This document shows positions 25,417 to 32,000 of a stretch of DNA of 32,000 bases, piece by piece. Position 1 is the stretch's first letter, and every line of letters begins with the position of its first letter. The stretch is from NCBI RefSeq assembly GCF_042688525.2, contig NZ_JBHWAB010000001.1:3729278-3761277 (forward strand). Reading direction: 5' to 3'. A model generated the notes under the pieces. It was not told the origin of the DNA and made no database searches. It was given only the letters and a program-made list of their open reading frames with translations. The position numbers and the translations under genes were made by a program. The DNA comes from Haloimpatiens sp. FM7330. GTDB taxonomy: Bacteria; Bacillota; Clostridia; Clostridiales; Clostridiaceae.

Positions 25417-27054
25417 TTATGCTTTAAAACTCTTATCTTTAGATACTGGAGTATCTCTAAATGATTTTATAGCTTCAACTATTAATACTACAGATAGTAT
25501 CATTAGAATAATAGCAAATACTAGCAGTATTGTACTTTTACCAATATTAGCTTTAATTAATAGTCCCAATGCAAATAATGTTACTGCAAACATAAATACC
25601 ATTGGTATAGTTGCCATTCTGTGTTCTTTTCCAGATCTCTTTAACCAAACAGCTAAAGATAATAAAGCAAGTGCTGCTAACAATTGATTTGCTGAACCAA
25701 ATAATGGCCATATCTTAGTCCATCCTTTAAATGTTAATGCCCCACCAAGTACTACTGTTATTCCTGTAGCAACAAATCTATTTGTTAATATATTAGGCTT
25801 AGGTTGTGCTTCTTTTCCTTGTTTACTACTTTCAAATAATTCCTGAAAAATGAATCTAGCAAGTCTAGTTGCAGTGTCTAAACTAGTTAAAGCAAACGCT
25901 GAAATTGCAAGTGCTGTAAAACTTTTACCTGTTGTATATGGTAAACCAAAACTTGTCATAAAATTACCAAGTCCATCAGAAAATACGTTTACTGGTCCAC
26001 CATTTTTAAGCAATACTCCAAGCTTATCGGCACCAATATATCCTGCTGTTATAATAGCTATAGTAGCAAGAACACCTTCTATAAGCATAGAACCATATCC
26101 TACAAGTTTTATATCTTTTTCACTATCTAATTGTTTAGATGTAGTACCTGAACCAACCAATGAGTGAAAACCTGATATTGCACCACAAGCTACGGTAACA
26201 AATAACATAGGGAATAGTAGTTGCCCATCACTTATTTTAAATGATGTAATACCAGACATTTTTAGAGTTGGATGCATAATTACTATTCCAAGAAATCCTC
26301 CAAGCAACATTGCATATAATAAAAATGAGTTCAAATAATCTCTAGGTTGTAATAAAATCCATACAGGTGTAACAGAAGCTATAAATATATATATCAATAA
26401 AACAATAAGCCATGTATTTCTTGAAAGCTCTAGTGGAAATTTCATACCAAGCCATATACATAAGAATAATAATACAACTCCAATAACACTACTTACACCA
26501 AGTCCTGCACCTCTTCTATATACAAAAAATCCAAATCCAATAGCTAATATCATAAATAGTAGTGAAGAAGTTGCTGCTGAAGGAACTGCTACAAATGTAT
26601 TAGCACAAATATTTGTAAATGCAGCTACAACAAGCAATAATGTTAACCAAGCAAATATAGCAAATAACAATTTACCTCTTCTCCCCATATTGTGTTCAAT
26701 AACTTCACCTAAGGATTTACCATCATGTCTTACAGAAGCAAATAAAGATCCCATATCATGGACTCCACCAAAGAAAACACTACCTACTAATATCCATAAA
26801 AATACCGGTACCCAACCAAATATTGCTGCTGCAATAGGTCCCACTATAGGTCCTGCCCCTGCTATTGAAGAAAAATGGTGACCTAAAAGTACTGGAGCCT
26901 TAGCTGGCACATAGTCAATTCCATCATTTCTAGTGTGTGCTGGCGTTGGTCTTTTGGGATCTATTCCCCACTTTTTAGCAAGCCACGCACCATAAGTTGT
27001 ATAAGCAACTAAAAAAACTATGATTGCAATTAAAATTAAGAAAAGAGAATTCAT
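25417..27054 (-). CDS. cstA: carbon starvation protein A family transporter (CstA/BtsT-type peptide/pyruvate transporter)
   Basis: N-terminal YGAWLAKKWGIDPKRPTPAH...DGIDYVPAKAPVLLGHHFSSIAGAGPIVGPI, the hallmark CstA block. 545 aa, polytopic. Confidence 0.92.
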   Translation of the reverse strand: MNSLFLILIAIIVFLVAYTTYGAWLAKKWGIDPKRPTPAHTRNDGIDYVPAKAPVLLGHHFSSIAGAGPIVGPIAAAIFGWVPVFLWILVGSVFFGGVHDMGSLFASVRHDGKSLGEVIEHNMGRRGKLLFAIFAWLTLLLVVAAFTNICANTFVAVPSAATSSLLFMILAIGFGFFVYRRGAGLGVSSVIGVVLLFLCIWLGMKFPLELSRNTWLIVLLIYIFIASVTPVWILLQPRDYLNSFLLYAMLLGGFLGIVIMHPTLKMSGITSFKISDGQLLFPMLFVTVACGAISGFHSLVGSGTTSKQLDSEKDIKLVGYGSMLIEGVLATIAIITAGYIGADKLGVLLKNGGPVNVFSDGLGNFMTSFGLPYTTGKSFTALAISAFALTSLDTATRLARFIFQELFESSKQGKEAQPKPNILTNRFVATGITVVLGGALTFKGWTKIWPLFGSANQLLAALALLSLAVWLKRSGKEHRMATIPMVFMFAVTLFALGLLIKANIGKSTILLVFAIILMILSVVLIVEAIKSFRDTPVSKDKSFKA

Positions 27055-27102
27055 ATATAATACCCCCTTTAAAATGTTTAGAAAAAATTATAAACTTTAC
27101 TA

Positions 27103-27606
27103 CTAATTATTAAATAATAATTTTTTAACATCACCCCTTCCAAATTTATTTGTATAAATATCATTAGTTTCAGGATTAATGAATATTAGTTTTACATTTA
27201 CCCACCCTTTAAAACCAAAAGCAAAACTTTTATAGTATTTAAATCTTTTAATTGCTTTCTTAGTATCATCATCTAAGTCTATATTTCCACAAAGTATAAA
27301 AGTTAAAATACTACACATATGTTCTTTATTTATATTTATTATCTTTTCTACATTTTCATCCAGGAAATTTTTTATATGAAGGATATGAGATCTGTCTATA
27401 TTTTCGTATATATTTTCATAGAAGATATATTCATTATTTTGAAAAGCATAAAACTCAGCCTTTTTAAGTATTAGATATCTTGATGTTCTTTGATTAAATT
27501 TCGCGAACATATTGAATTTTCTGTCAAATATTTTTTTATCATATTCTATATCAAAATATGATTTAAGTTTCTCTGAAAATTTATTCATATACTCTGTATT
27601 ATTCAT
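27103..27606 (-). CDS. hypothetical protein (167 aa, soluble, Asn/Lys/Phe-rich)
   Basis: ATG preceded by AAGGGGAATCATAA. No motif recognised. 48 nt upstream of cstA with no intervening terminator. Confidence 0.55.
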   Translation of the reverse strand: MNNTEYMNKFSEKLKSYFDIEYDKKIFDRKFNMFAKFNQRTSRYLILKKAEFYAFQNNEYIFYENIYENIDRSHILHIKNFLDENVEKIININKEHMCSILTFILCGNIDLDDDTKKAIKRFKYYKSFAFGFKGWVNVKLIFINPETNDIYTNKFGRGDVKKLLFNN

Positions 27607-27657
27607 TTATGATTCCCCTTGTTATTAACGCATAATTCATTTCTATCGTTTAGTATT

Positions 27658-27685
27658 ATTATATCATTTATAAAATATATTTCAA
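27658..27685 (-). promoter_or_regulatory. extended -10 sigma-A promoter for the 167-aa/cstA transcription unit
   Basis: Minus strand TTGAAA (27685..27680), 16 nt, TGaTATAAT (27666..27658). Confidence 0.6.
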
Positions 27686-27730
27686 TAAATATATCAGAAT
27701 ATTAAAAATTTTTAGTATATGATATTCTTA

Positions 27731-27774
27731 CAAAAATAGAAGCTGTTTACAAAAATTATAAACAGCTTCTATTT
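27731..27774 (-). terminator. rho-independent terminator of the SDR gene (stem overlaps the stop codon)
   Basis: 16-bp stem AAATAGAAGCTGTTTA / TAAACAGCTTCTATTT, followed on the minus strand by UUUUGUAAG. Confidence 0.8.
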
Positions 27775-28639
27775 ATCCATTTACTATTTTTCCACCATTA
27801 ATATGAATAGTTTCTCCTGTTATGTAAGATGCATCATCCGATGCTAAAAACACAAAGCTTGGGGCTACTTCCACTGGTTGGCCTGGACGCTTATACGATG
27901 TACTTTGACCAAATTTAGCTACTTCCTCTTTTGTAAAACATGAAGGTATTAATGGAGTCCATATTGGTCCTGGAGCAACACAATTCACCCTTATTCTTTT
28001 TTCTGCAAGAGATAATGCTAACGAACGAGTAAAAGAAACTATTGCACCTTTTGTAGAAGAATAATCTATTAATCTTTCATTACCTGCATAAGCAGTAACA
28101 GAAGATGTATTAATTATACAACTTCCCTCTTGCAAATATGGTAGACAAGCTTTAGTCATATAAAATATTGAAAATATATTTACCTCAAAAGTTCTATACA
28201 ACTGTTCTTTCGTTATATCTTCAATACTATTTTGAGCACATTGTTCAGCTGCATTATTAACCAAAATATCAATTTTTCCAAATTCATCTATTGTTTTTTT
28301 TACCACACTGTCACAAAATTTTTCATCAGATATATCTCCACGTATTGTAATGGCTCTACATCCCTTTTCTTCTATAATTTTTTTAGTTTCTTGTGCATCT
28401 ATATCTTCATTTAAATAAACTATAACTACATCTGCACCTTCTTTTGCATATAGAACAGCTACTGCTCTACCTATACCACTATCCCCTCCTGTAATTATTG
28501 CTACCTTATTTTCTAATTTATTAGAGGCTTTATATTTAATATGTTCAAAGATAGGTCTTGGATTCATAATATACTCTAATCCTGGTTTATCCTTTTGCTC
28601 CTGAGGTGGTATATCATTAATAAACTCTATATCACTCAC
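27773..28639 (-). CDS. SDR family NAD(P)-dependent oxidoreductase (YhdF/YghA-like)
   Basis: The cofactor motif is ITGGDSGIGRA. NNAA is present. The catalytic region reads SS...Y..TKGA. The track start 28657 is a TTG lying in the SD GAGGAGG. I place the start at GTG 28639 (or TTG 28642). Confidence 0.88.
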   Translation of the reverse strand: MSDIEFINDIPPQEQKDKPGLEYIMNPRPIFEHIKYKASNKLENKVAIITGGDSGIGRAVAVLYAKEGADVVIVYLNEDIDAQETKKIIEEKGCRAITIRGDISDEKFCDSVVKKTIDEFGKIDILVNNAAEQCAQNSIEDITKEQLYRTFEVNIFSIFYMTKACLPYLQEGSCIINTSSVTAYAGNERLIDYSSTKGAIVSFTRSLALSLAEKRIRVNCVAPGPIWTPLIPSCFTKEEVAKFGQSTSYKRPGQPVEVAPSFVFLASDDASYITGETIHINGGKIVNG

Positions 28640-28716
28640 CAACTTACCTCCTCTCAAATTATATTTTCTTTTAATATGTATTATTGTAATTTTTCATATA
28701 AAATATTCTTTTTTCA

Positions 28717-28749
28717 AAAAAAGCCTCATACTATTTTAAGTATGAGGTA
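28717..28749 (-). terminator. rho-independent terminator of the gapB-like gene
   Basis: Minus strand ACCUCAUACU-UAAAAU-AGUAUGAGGC followed by UUUUUUUG. Confidence 0.85.
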
Positions 28750-28823
28750 AACGTTTAATTTAAATATATTAGGTAATTTCAAATAAAAAAAGTTGCTATA
28801 TAATAATTCAATATAGAATTGAA

Positions 28824-29876
28824 TTATCCTGCTATTTTTCTGTTTTGTTGTTGATTTTTCTTCATTTCAGCTGCTACATAATTAGTTAAATCCACAACTC
28901 TTGCTGAATATCCCCATTCATTATCATACCATGCAGCTACTTTTATCATATTATCACCAATTACCATAGTTGATAATGCATCTACAATTGTTGATCTATC
29001 ATCACCCTTATAATCTGTAGAAACTAAAGGCTCTTCACAATAACCTAAAATCCCTTTTAATTCCTTTTTAGAAGCTTCTTCAAATGCTTGATTAATTTCT
29101 TCCATAGTAGCATTTGTTTTTATTTCACATACTAAATCTGTTATAGAAACTGTTGGAGTTGGAACTCTTAATGCAAATCCATTAAGTTTACCTTTTAACT
29201 GTGGTAGTACTTTTGCAACAGCTTTAGCTGCACCTGTAGTAGTTGGTATTATTGATTCTGCCGCTGCTCTTGCTCTTCTTAAATCTTTATGTGTTTTATC
29301 TAAAATTCTCTGGTCATTTGTATATGAATGAATGGTTGTCATAAAACCTTTTACTATTCCAAATTTCTCATCAATAACTTTTGCAACTGGTGCAAGACAG
29401 TTTGTTGTACATGATGCATTAGAAATTATATTGTGTTTTCCATTATCATAATTTTCTTCATTAACACCCATTACTACAGTTATATCTTCAGCATTGCTTT
29501 TAGCTGGGGCTGTAAGTATAACCTTGCTAGCTCCTGCTTCTATGTGTCCATTAAGTTGTTCTCTTGTTTTAAATTTTCCTGTAGACTCTATAACTATATC
29601 TACATCAAGTTTTTTCCAAGGCAAATCACTTGGTTTATCTTCATGAAGAATCAATATTTTTTTACCATTTATTATAATTGCATTATCCTCTACTTTAACT
29701 TCTCCATCAAATCTTCCAAAACAAGAATCATATTTAAACAAATGAGCTAATGTCTTTGAATCTGCTCTTGCATTTATAGCAACAATATCTAAATCTTTAT
29801 TCAAATTTTTTTCTGCTATTCTAAGAAATGTTCTTCCTATTCTACCAAAGCCATTAATACCAACTCTAATTTTCAT
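28824..29876 (-). CDS. gapB: type I glyceraldehyde-3-phosphate dehydrogenase, GapB-like (probable NADP-utilising gluconeogenic paralogue)
   Basis: NGFGRIGR and the active site SNASCTTNCLAP. VAINARADSKTLAHLFKYDS has Ala where NAD-specific enzymes have the IND Asp, as I recall for B. subtilis GapB (VAINAS..ETLAHLIKYD). The gene is monocistronic, not in a gap-pgk-tpi operon. Confidence 0.85.
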   Translation of the reverse strand: MKIRVGINGFGRIGRTFLRIAEKNLNKDLDIVAINARADSKTLAHLFKYDSCFGRFDGEVKVEDNAIIINGKKILILHEDKPSDLPWKKLDVDIVIESTGKFKTREQLNGHIEAGASKVILTAPAKSNAEDITVVMGVNEENYDNGKHNIISNASCTTNCLAPVAKVIDEKFGIVKGFMTTIHSYTNDQRILDKTHKDLRRARAAAESIIPTTTGAAKAVAKVLPQLKGKLNGFALRVPTPTVSITDLVCEIKTNATMEEINQAFEEASKKELKGILGYCEEPLVSTDYKGDDRSTIVDALSTMVIGDNMIKVAAWYDNEWGYSARVVDLTNYVAAEMKKNQQQNRKIAG

Positions 29877-29968
29877 TTTAAAATCCCCCTAATTTTTTAT
29901 ATGTATATTATATAATATATACTTTTAACATAAATGTTGTATACTTTTTAATTAATTGTTCTATATTA

Positions 29969-29997
29969 TTTATATTATTATTTCATTTCTTTGTCAA
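29969..29997 (-). promoter_or_regulatory. sigma-A type promoter for the gapB-like gene
   Basis: Minus strand TTGACA (29997..29992), 17 nt, TATAAA (29974..29969). This implies a ~90-nt leader. Confidence 0.55.
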
Positions 29998-30280
29998 TAA
30001 TCTCATATTTTTCATTTGAGCTTTCTATTAAGTTTATGTAAATATTCTTGCTGTTTTCTTCATTTTACTAGTATTTTCTTTTGTTTTTATTCTACAACCA
30101 ACTTTTTTGAAATAATATATGCTTTTCCAATTCAAAATTTAAAATAACTATAATTTTATTAAATAGTATATCACATTTAACTATACATACACTGCATTCC
30201 TTTATTCTAATTCTATCAAAGTAAAACTGTTGTTTATAAAAACTTTGTTTCTATATCTATAAAAGTTAAATTGTACAAAC

Positions 30281-30309
30281 TTGAAAATATATTTTACTAA
30301 TGATATTAT
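30281..30309 (+). promoter_or_regulatory. extended -10 promoter for the small zinc-ribbon gene
   Basis: TTGAAA (30281..30286), 17 nt, TGaTATTAT (30301..30309). Confidence 0.55.
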
Positions 30310-30346
30310 TGTTCTTGAACTTATTTAAATGACTGGAGGATTTGAA

Positions 30347-30589
30347 ATGACATTAAGAGACATAATGAAATACATAGAAAGTGAATATAACATAATTAAT
30401 TCAACTCCTTGTGAAATCTGTGGAGGAAGCTTCTTAGCTGAATCAATAAAAGTAAATATTATAAATTCTTTACCTTATGATATTTGTGAATGTATATGTG
30501 ATACTTGTGGACATAAAAAAACATTTAAATTTTCATCACCTTTCATAAATGAAGAAAACTTAAATGAATTTAAAAATAGTATGAATTAG
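30347..30589 (+). CDS. hypothetical small Cys-rich (zinc-ribbon-like) protein, 80 aa
   Basis: CEICGG...CECICDTCGH pattern. The start is set at the second ATG (30347), 7 nt after TGGAGGA. The track start 30329 overlaps that SD. Confidence 0.55.
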   Translation: MTLRDIMKYIESEYNIINSTPCEICGGSFLAESIKVNIINSLPYDICECICDTCGHKKTFKFSSPFINEENLNEFKNSMN

Positions 30590-30602
30590 TTTTCAATTTA
30601 CA

Positions 30603-31016
30603 CTATTCTATTCCCATATCTTTAAAAATCTTCTCTATTTCTTTAGAATTTAATAATCCTTCTGACTTTTTATATACACTACCATCTTTATTTAAAAATA
30701 CTAATGTAGGTATAAGTGATACATCATATTTTTCTGCATATTCTGGATTTTCTTCTAAATTAACTATTGTTATCTTTACTTTATCATCATATTTTTTTCT
30801 TACATCCTGTAAGATATATTTCATTTTAACACATGCTGGTCATGTATCTGTACCTAATTCTAGCAATTGAGGCATACCTGCACTTTTTGTATGCGTTTGT
30901 TGTTGATTTTCAATTGTATTAGAATCTTTTTTTGTATAAATATTTTTTTTGTAATAAAATCCTACTACTCCTAAAATTAATACACAAATTACTATATATT
31001 TAATAATTTTTTTCAT
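30603..31016 (-). CDS. membrane-anchored thioredoxin-like protein with in-frame TGA (30842..30840) at the first position of the CxxC motif; candidate selenoprotein (UPAC), or alternatively a nonsense pseudogene
   Basis: ATG 31016 follows GGAGGA. My translation runs MKKIIKYIVICVLILGVVGFYYKKNIYTKKDSNTIENQQQTHTKSAGMPQLLELGTDT-[TGA]-PACVKMKYILQDVRKKY...VSLIPTLVFLNKDG... The track reports only the part after the TGA (30603..30824). Confidence 0.65.
30798..30814 (-). promoter_or_regulatory. candidate bacterial SECIS hairpin
   Basis: UCUUAC-AGGAU-GUAAGA starts 25 nt 3' of the UGA. The apical loop contains GG. A possible lower stem (AUAU/UAUG) forms across an A-rich bulge. Confidence 0.4.
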
Positions 31017-31050
31017 ATAATCCTCCTTATACCCTGTGTAGGTATATAAA

Positions 31051-31079
31051 ATTTTATATCATATATTTATTATTGTCAA
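31051..31079 (-). promoter_or_regulatory. candidate promoter for the thioredoxin-like gene
   Basis: Minus strand TTGACA (31079..31074), 17 nt, TAAAAT (31056..31051). Confidence 0.5.
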
Positions 31080-31087
31080 ATATAATA

Positions 31088-31122
31088 TAAAAAAGCTTAT
31101 GAATTACAAATTCACAAACTTT
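31088..31122 (-). terminator. rho-independent terminator after the 178-aa membrane protein gene
   Basis: Minus strand AAAGUUUGUGAAUU-UGU-AAUUCAUAAGCUUU (two G-U pairs) followed by UUUUAUAUUAU. Confidence 0.6.
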
Positions 31123-31133
31123 TTTTATTATAA

Positions 31134-31670
31134 TTATCTTTTCTCTTTTTTATATAATATATATATACCTGCTACTATAAATAGTACTGGTACAAAATAT
31201 TGGCTTATAGATGATTTAATCATATAATATATATCATTACCCTCAAATACCTTATTGATAACAGCTAATCCACCTAAGATTATAAATATCCATCCTATTA
31301 TTTGTAAATCTCTCTTGTTATTCAACTTATTAAAAGTATGTGTATAATTATCATCATTATTTAAATTATCATTTTGTGTTTTAGTATGTTGAAAACCATT
31401 ATATCTCCTAAAAAACAATTCACAATCATTTATATTTTCTCCTCTATCTATTTTGTGTGCAATATTAAAAGTATCAAAAAAAGTATATAACCATAATGCA
31501 AATTTAAATATTCCTGCTAATGCACCTAATCCTATTAAACTAAACAATGGTCCTATTAGTAAAAATATTAAAAGTGCTTGAATTCCCATATTTAGTAAGC
31601 CTAAATACATATATCCTACTCCCGGGATTAAAGCAGCTAAAAAAGTTAAAAAACCACTTCTTCTTTCCAT
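31134..31670 (-). CDS. hypothetical integral membrane protein (178 aa)
   Basis: Several TM segments (FLTFLAALIPGVGYMYLGLL, ALLIFLLIGPLFSLIGLGALAGI, IIGWIFIILGGLAVI, FVPVLFIVAGIYILY). The RBS GGAGAG lies inside the end of the upstream gene. Confidence 0.6.
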   Translation of the reverse strand: MERRSGFLTFLAALIPGVGYMYLGLLNMGIQALLIFLLIGPLFSLIGLGALAGIFKFALWLYTFFDTFNIAHKIDRGENINDCELFFRRYNGFQHTKTQNDNLNNDDNYTHTFNKLNNKRDLQIIGWIFIILGGLAVINKVFEGNDIYYMIKSSISQYFVPVLFIVAGIYILYKKEKR

Positions 31671-31674
31671 TGTA

Positions 31675-31986
31675 TCACTCTCCTAAAAAAAATTTAAAAA
31701 AATTAAAAGTATCATTGTGATTTTGTTCAATCATAGAAATACTTGTTTTTATTTTCATCTTGGCATTTATTATATTGTACTGTAAACTAGACGTATATAT
31801 AATCAACATCAAAAAACCAGATAACATTAAACTTAATGCTGCTATACGATATCTTTCTCTATTTGAATTTTTTTGGGGTAAATTGTTTATTTTATTCATT
31901 AATCGTATATCATAACCTTTATCTGTTTCTATATCTTCAAAAGAATCTTTTATAATTTTATCTAAATAATCAAATTTTTCTTGCAC
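31675..31986 (-). CDS. hypothetical single-pass membrane protein (possible anti-sigma factor-like)
   Basis: GTG start. A cytoplasmic N-terminus precedes one TM (IAALSLMLSGFLMLIIY). The upstream partner lies outside the window, so the role is a guess. Confidence 0.4.
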   Translation of the reverse strand: MQEKFDYLDKIIKDSFEDIETDKGYDIRLMNKINNLPQKNSNRERYRIAALSLMLSGFLMLIIYTSSLQYNIINAKMKIKTSISMIEQNHNDTFNFFKFFLGE

Positions 31987-32000
31987 ACTACCACATCCTC

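Noticed and set aside
30329-30346. Upstream ATG as the start of the small zinc-ribbon ORF (86-aa version)
   Set aside because: These 18 nt contain the SD (TGGAGGA) that serves the second ATG at 30347, and no SD precedes 30329.
1-32000. Mobile element, prophage or defence island
   Set aside because: I recognised no integrase, transposase, recombinase, restriction-modification, toxin-antitoxin, Cas or phage structural motifs in any ORF. Composition looks uniform and gene order follows a conserved housekeeping block.

Overview
Low-GC (under about 30% by eye) Clostridium-like Firmicute chromosome. About 30 genes are packed tightly, nearly all on the minus strand. The backbone is the origin-proximal Firmicute block metG - tatD(yabD) - yabE - rnmV - rsmA(ksgA), with three extra genes (DUF445, Fe-ADH, DUF362) between metG and tatD. 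Other content: a Met T-box leader, a MarR-MATE operon with palindromic operators, a family-4 UDG, a second MATE gene, an ABC exporter pair plus a LUD-domain gene, spmA/spmB, an untracked sspH-like SASP gene, a flavodoxin-like gene, a reverse rubrerythrin, a hypothetical-cstA-small gene-ArsA/Get3-like ATPase cluster, an SDR, a GapB-type GAPDH, and small membrane proteins. I saw no rRNA, tRNA, CRISPR array, transposase, integrase or recognisable defence genes. This looks like core chromosome rather than an island. The best leads are: (1) a thioredoxin-fold gene split by an in-frame TGA exactly at the first Cys of CxxC, a candidate selenoprotein with a SECIS-like hairpin; (2) a 148-bp imperfect palindromic repeat between the T-box terminator and the metG RBS, with a degenerate second copy upstream of rnmV; (3) the cstA / 97-aa / Get3-like ATPase module; (4) a 491-aa two-domain protein with an 81-bp tandem repeat. 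The supplied track translates GTG/TTG starts as M and reports longest ORFs. I trimmed several starts to Shine-Dalgarno-supported codons. All homology calls rest on motif recognition by eye, not on searches.
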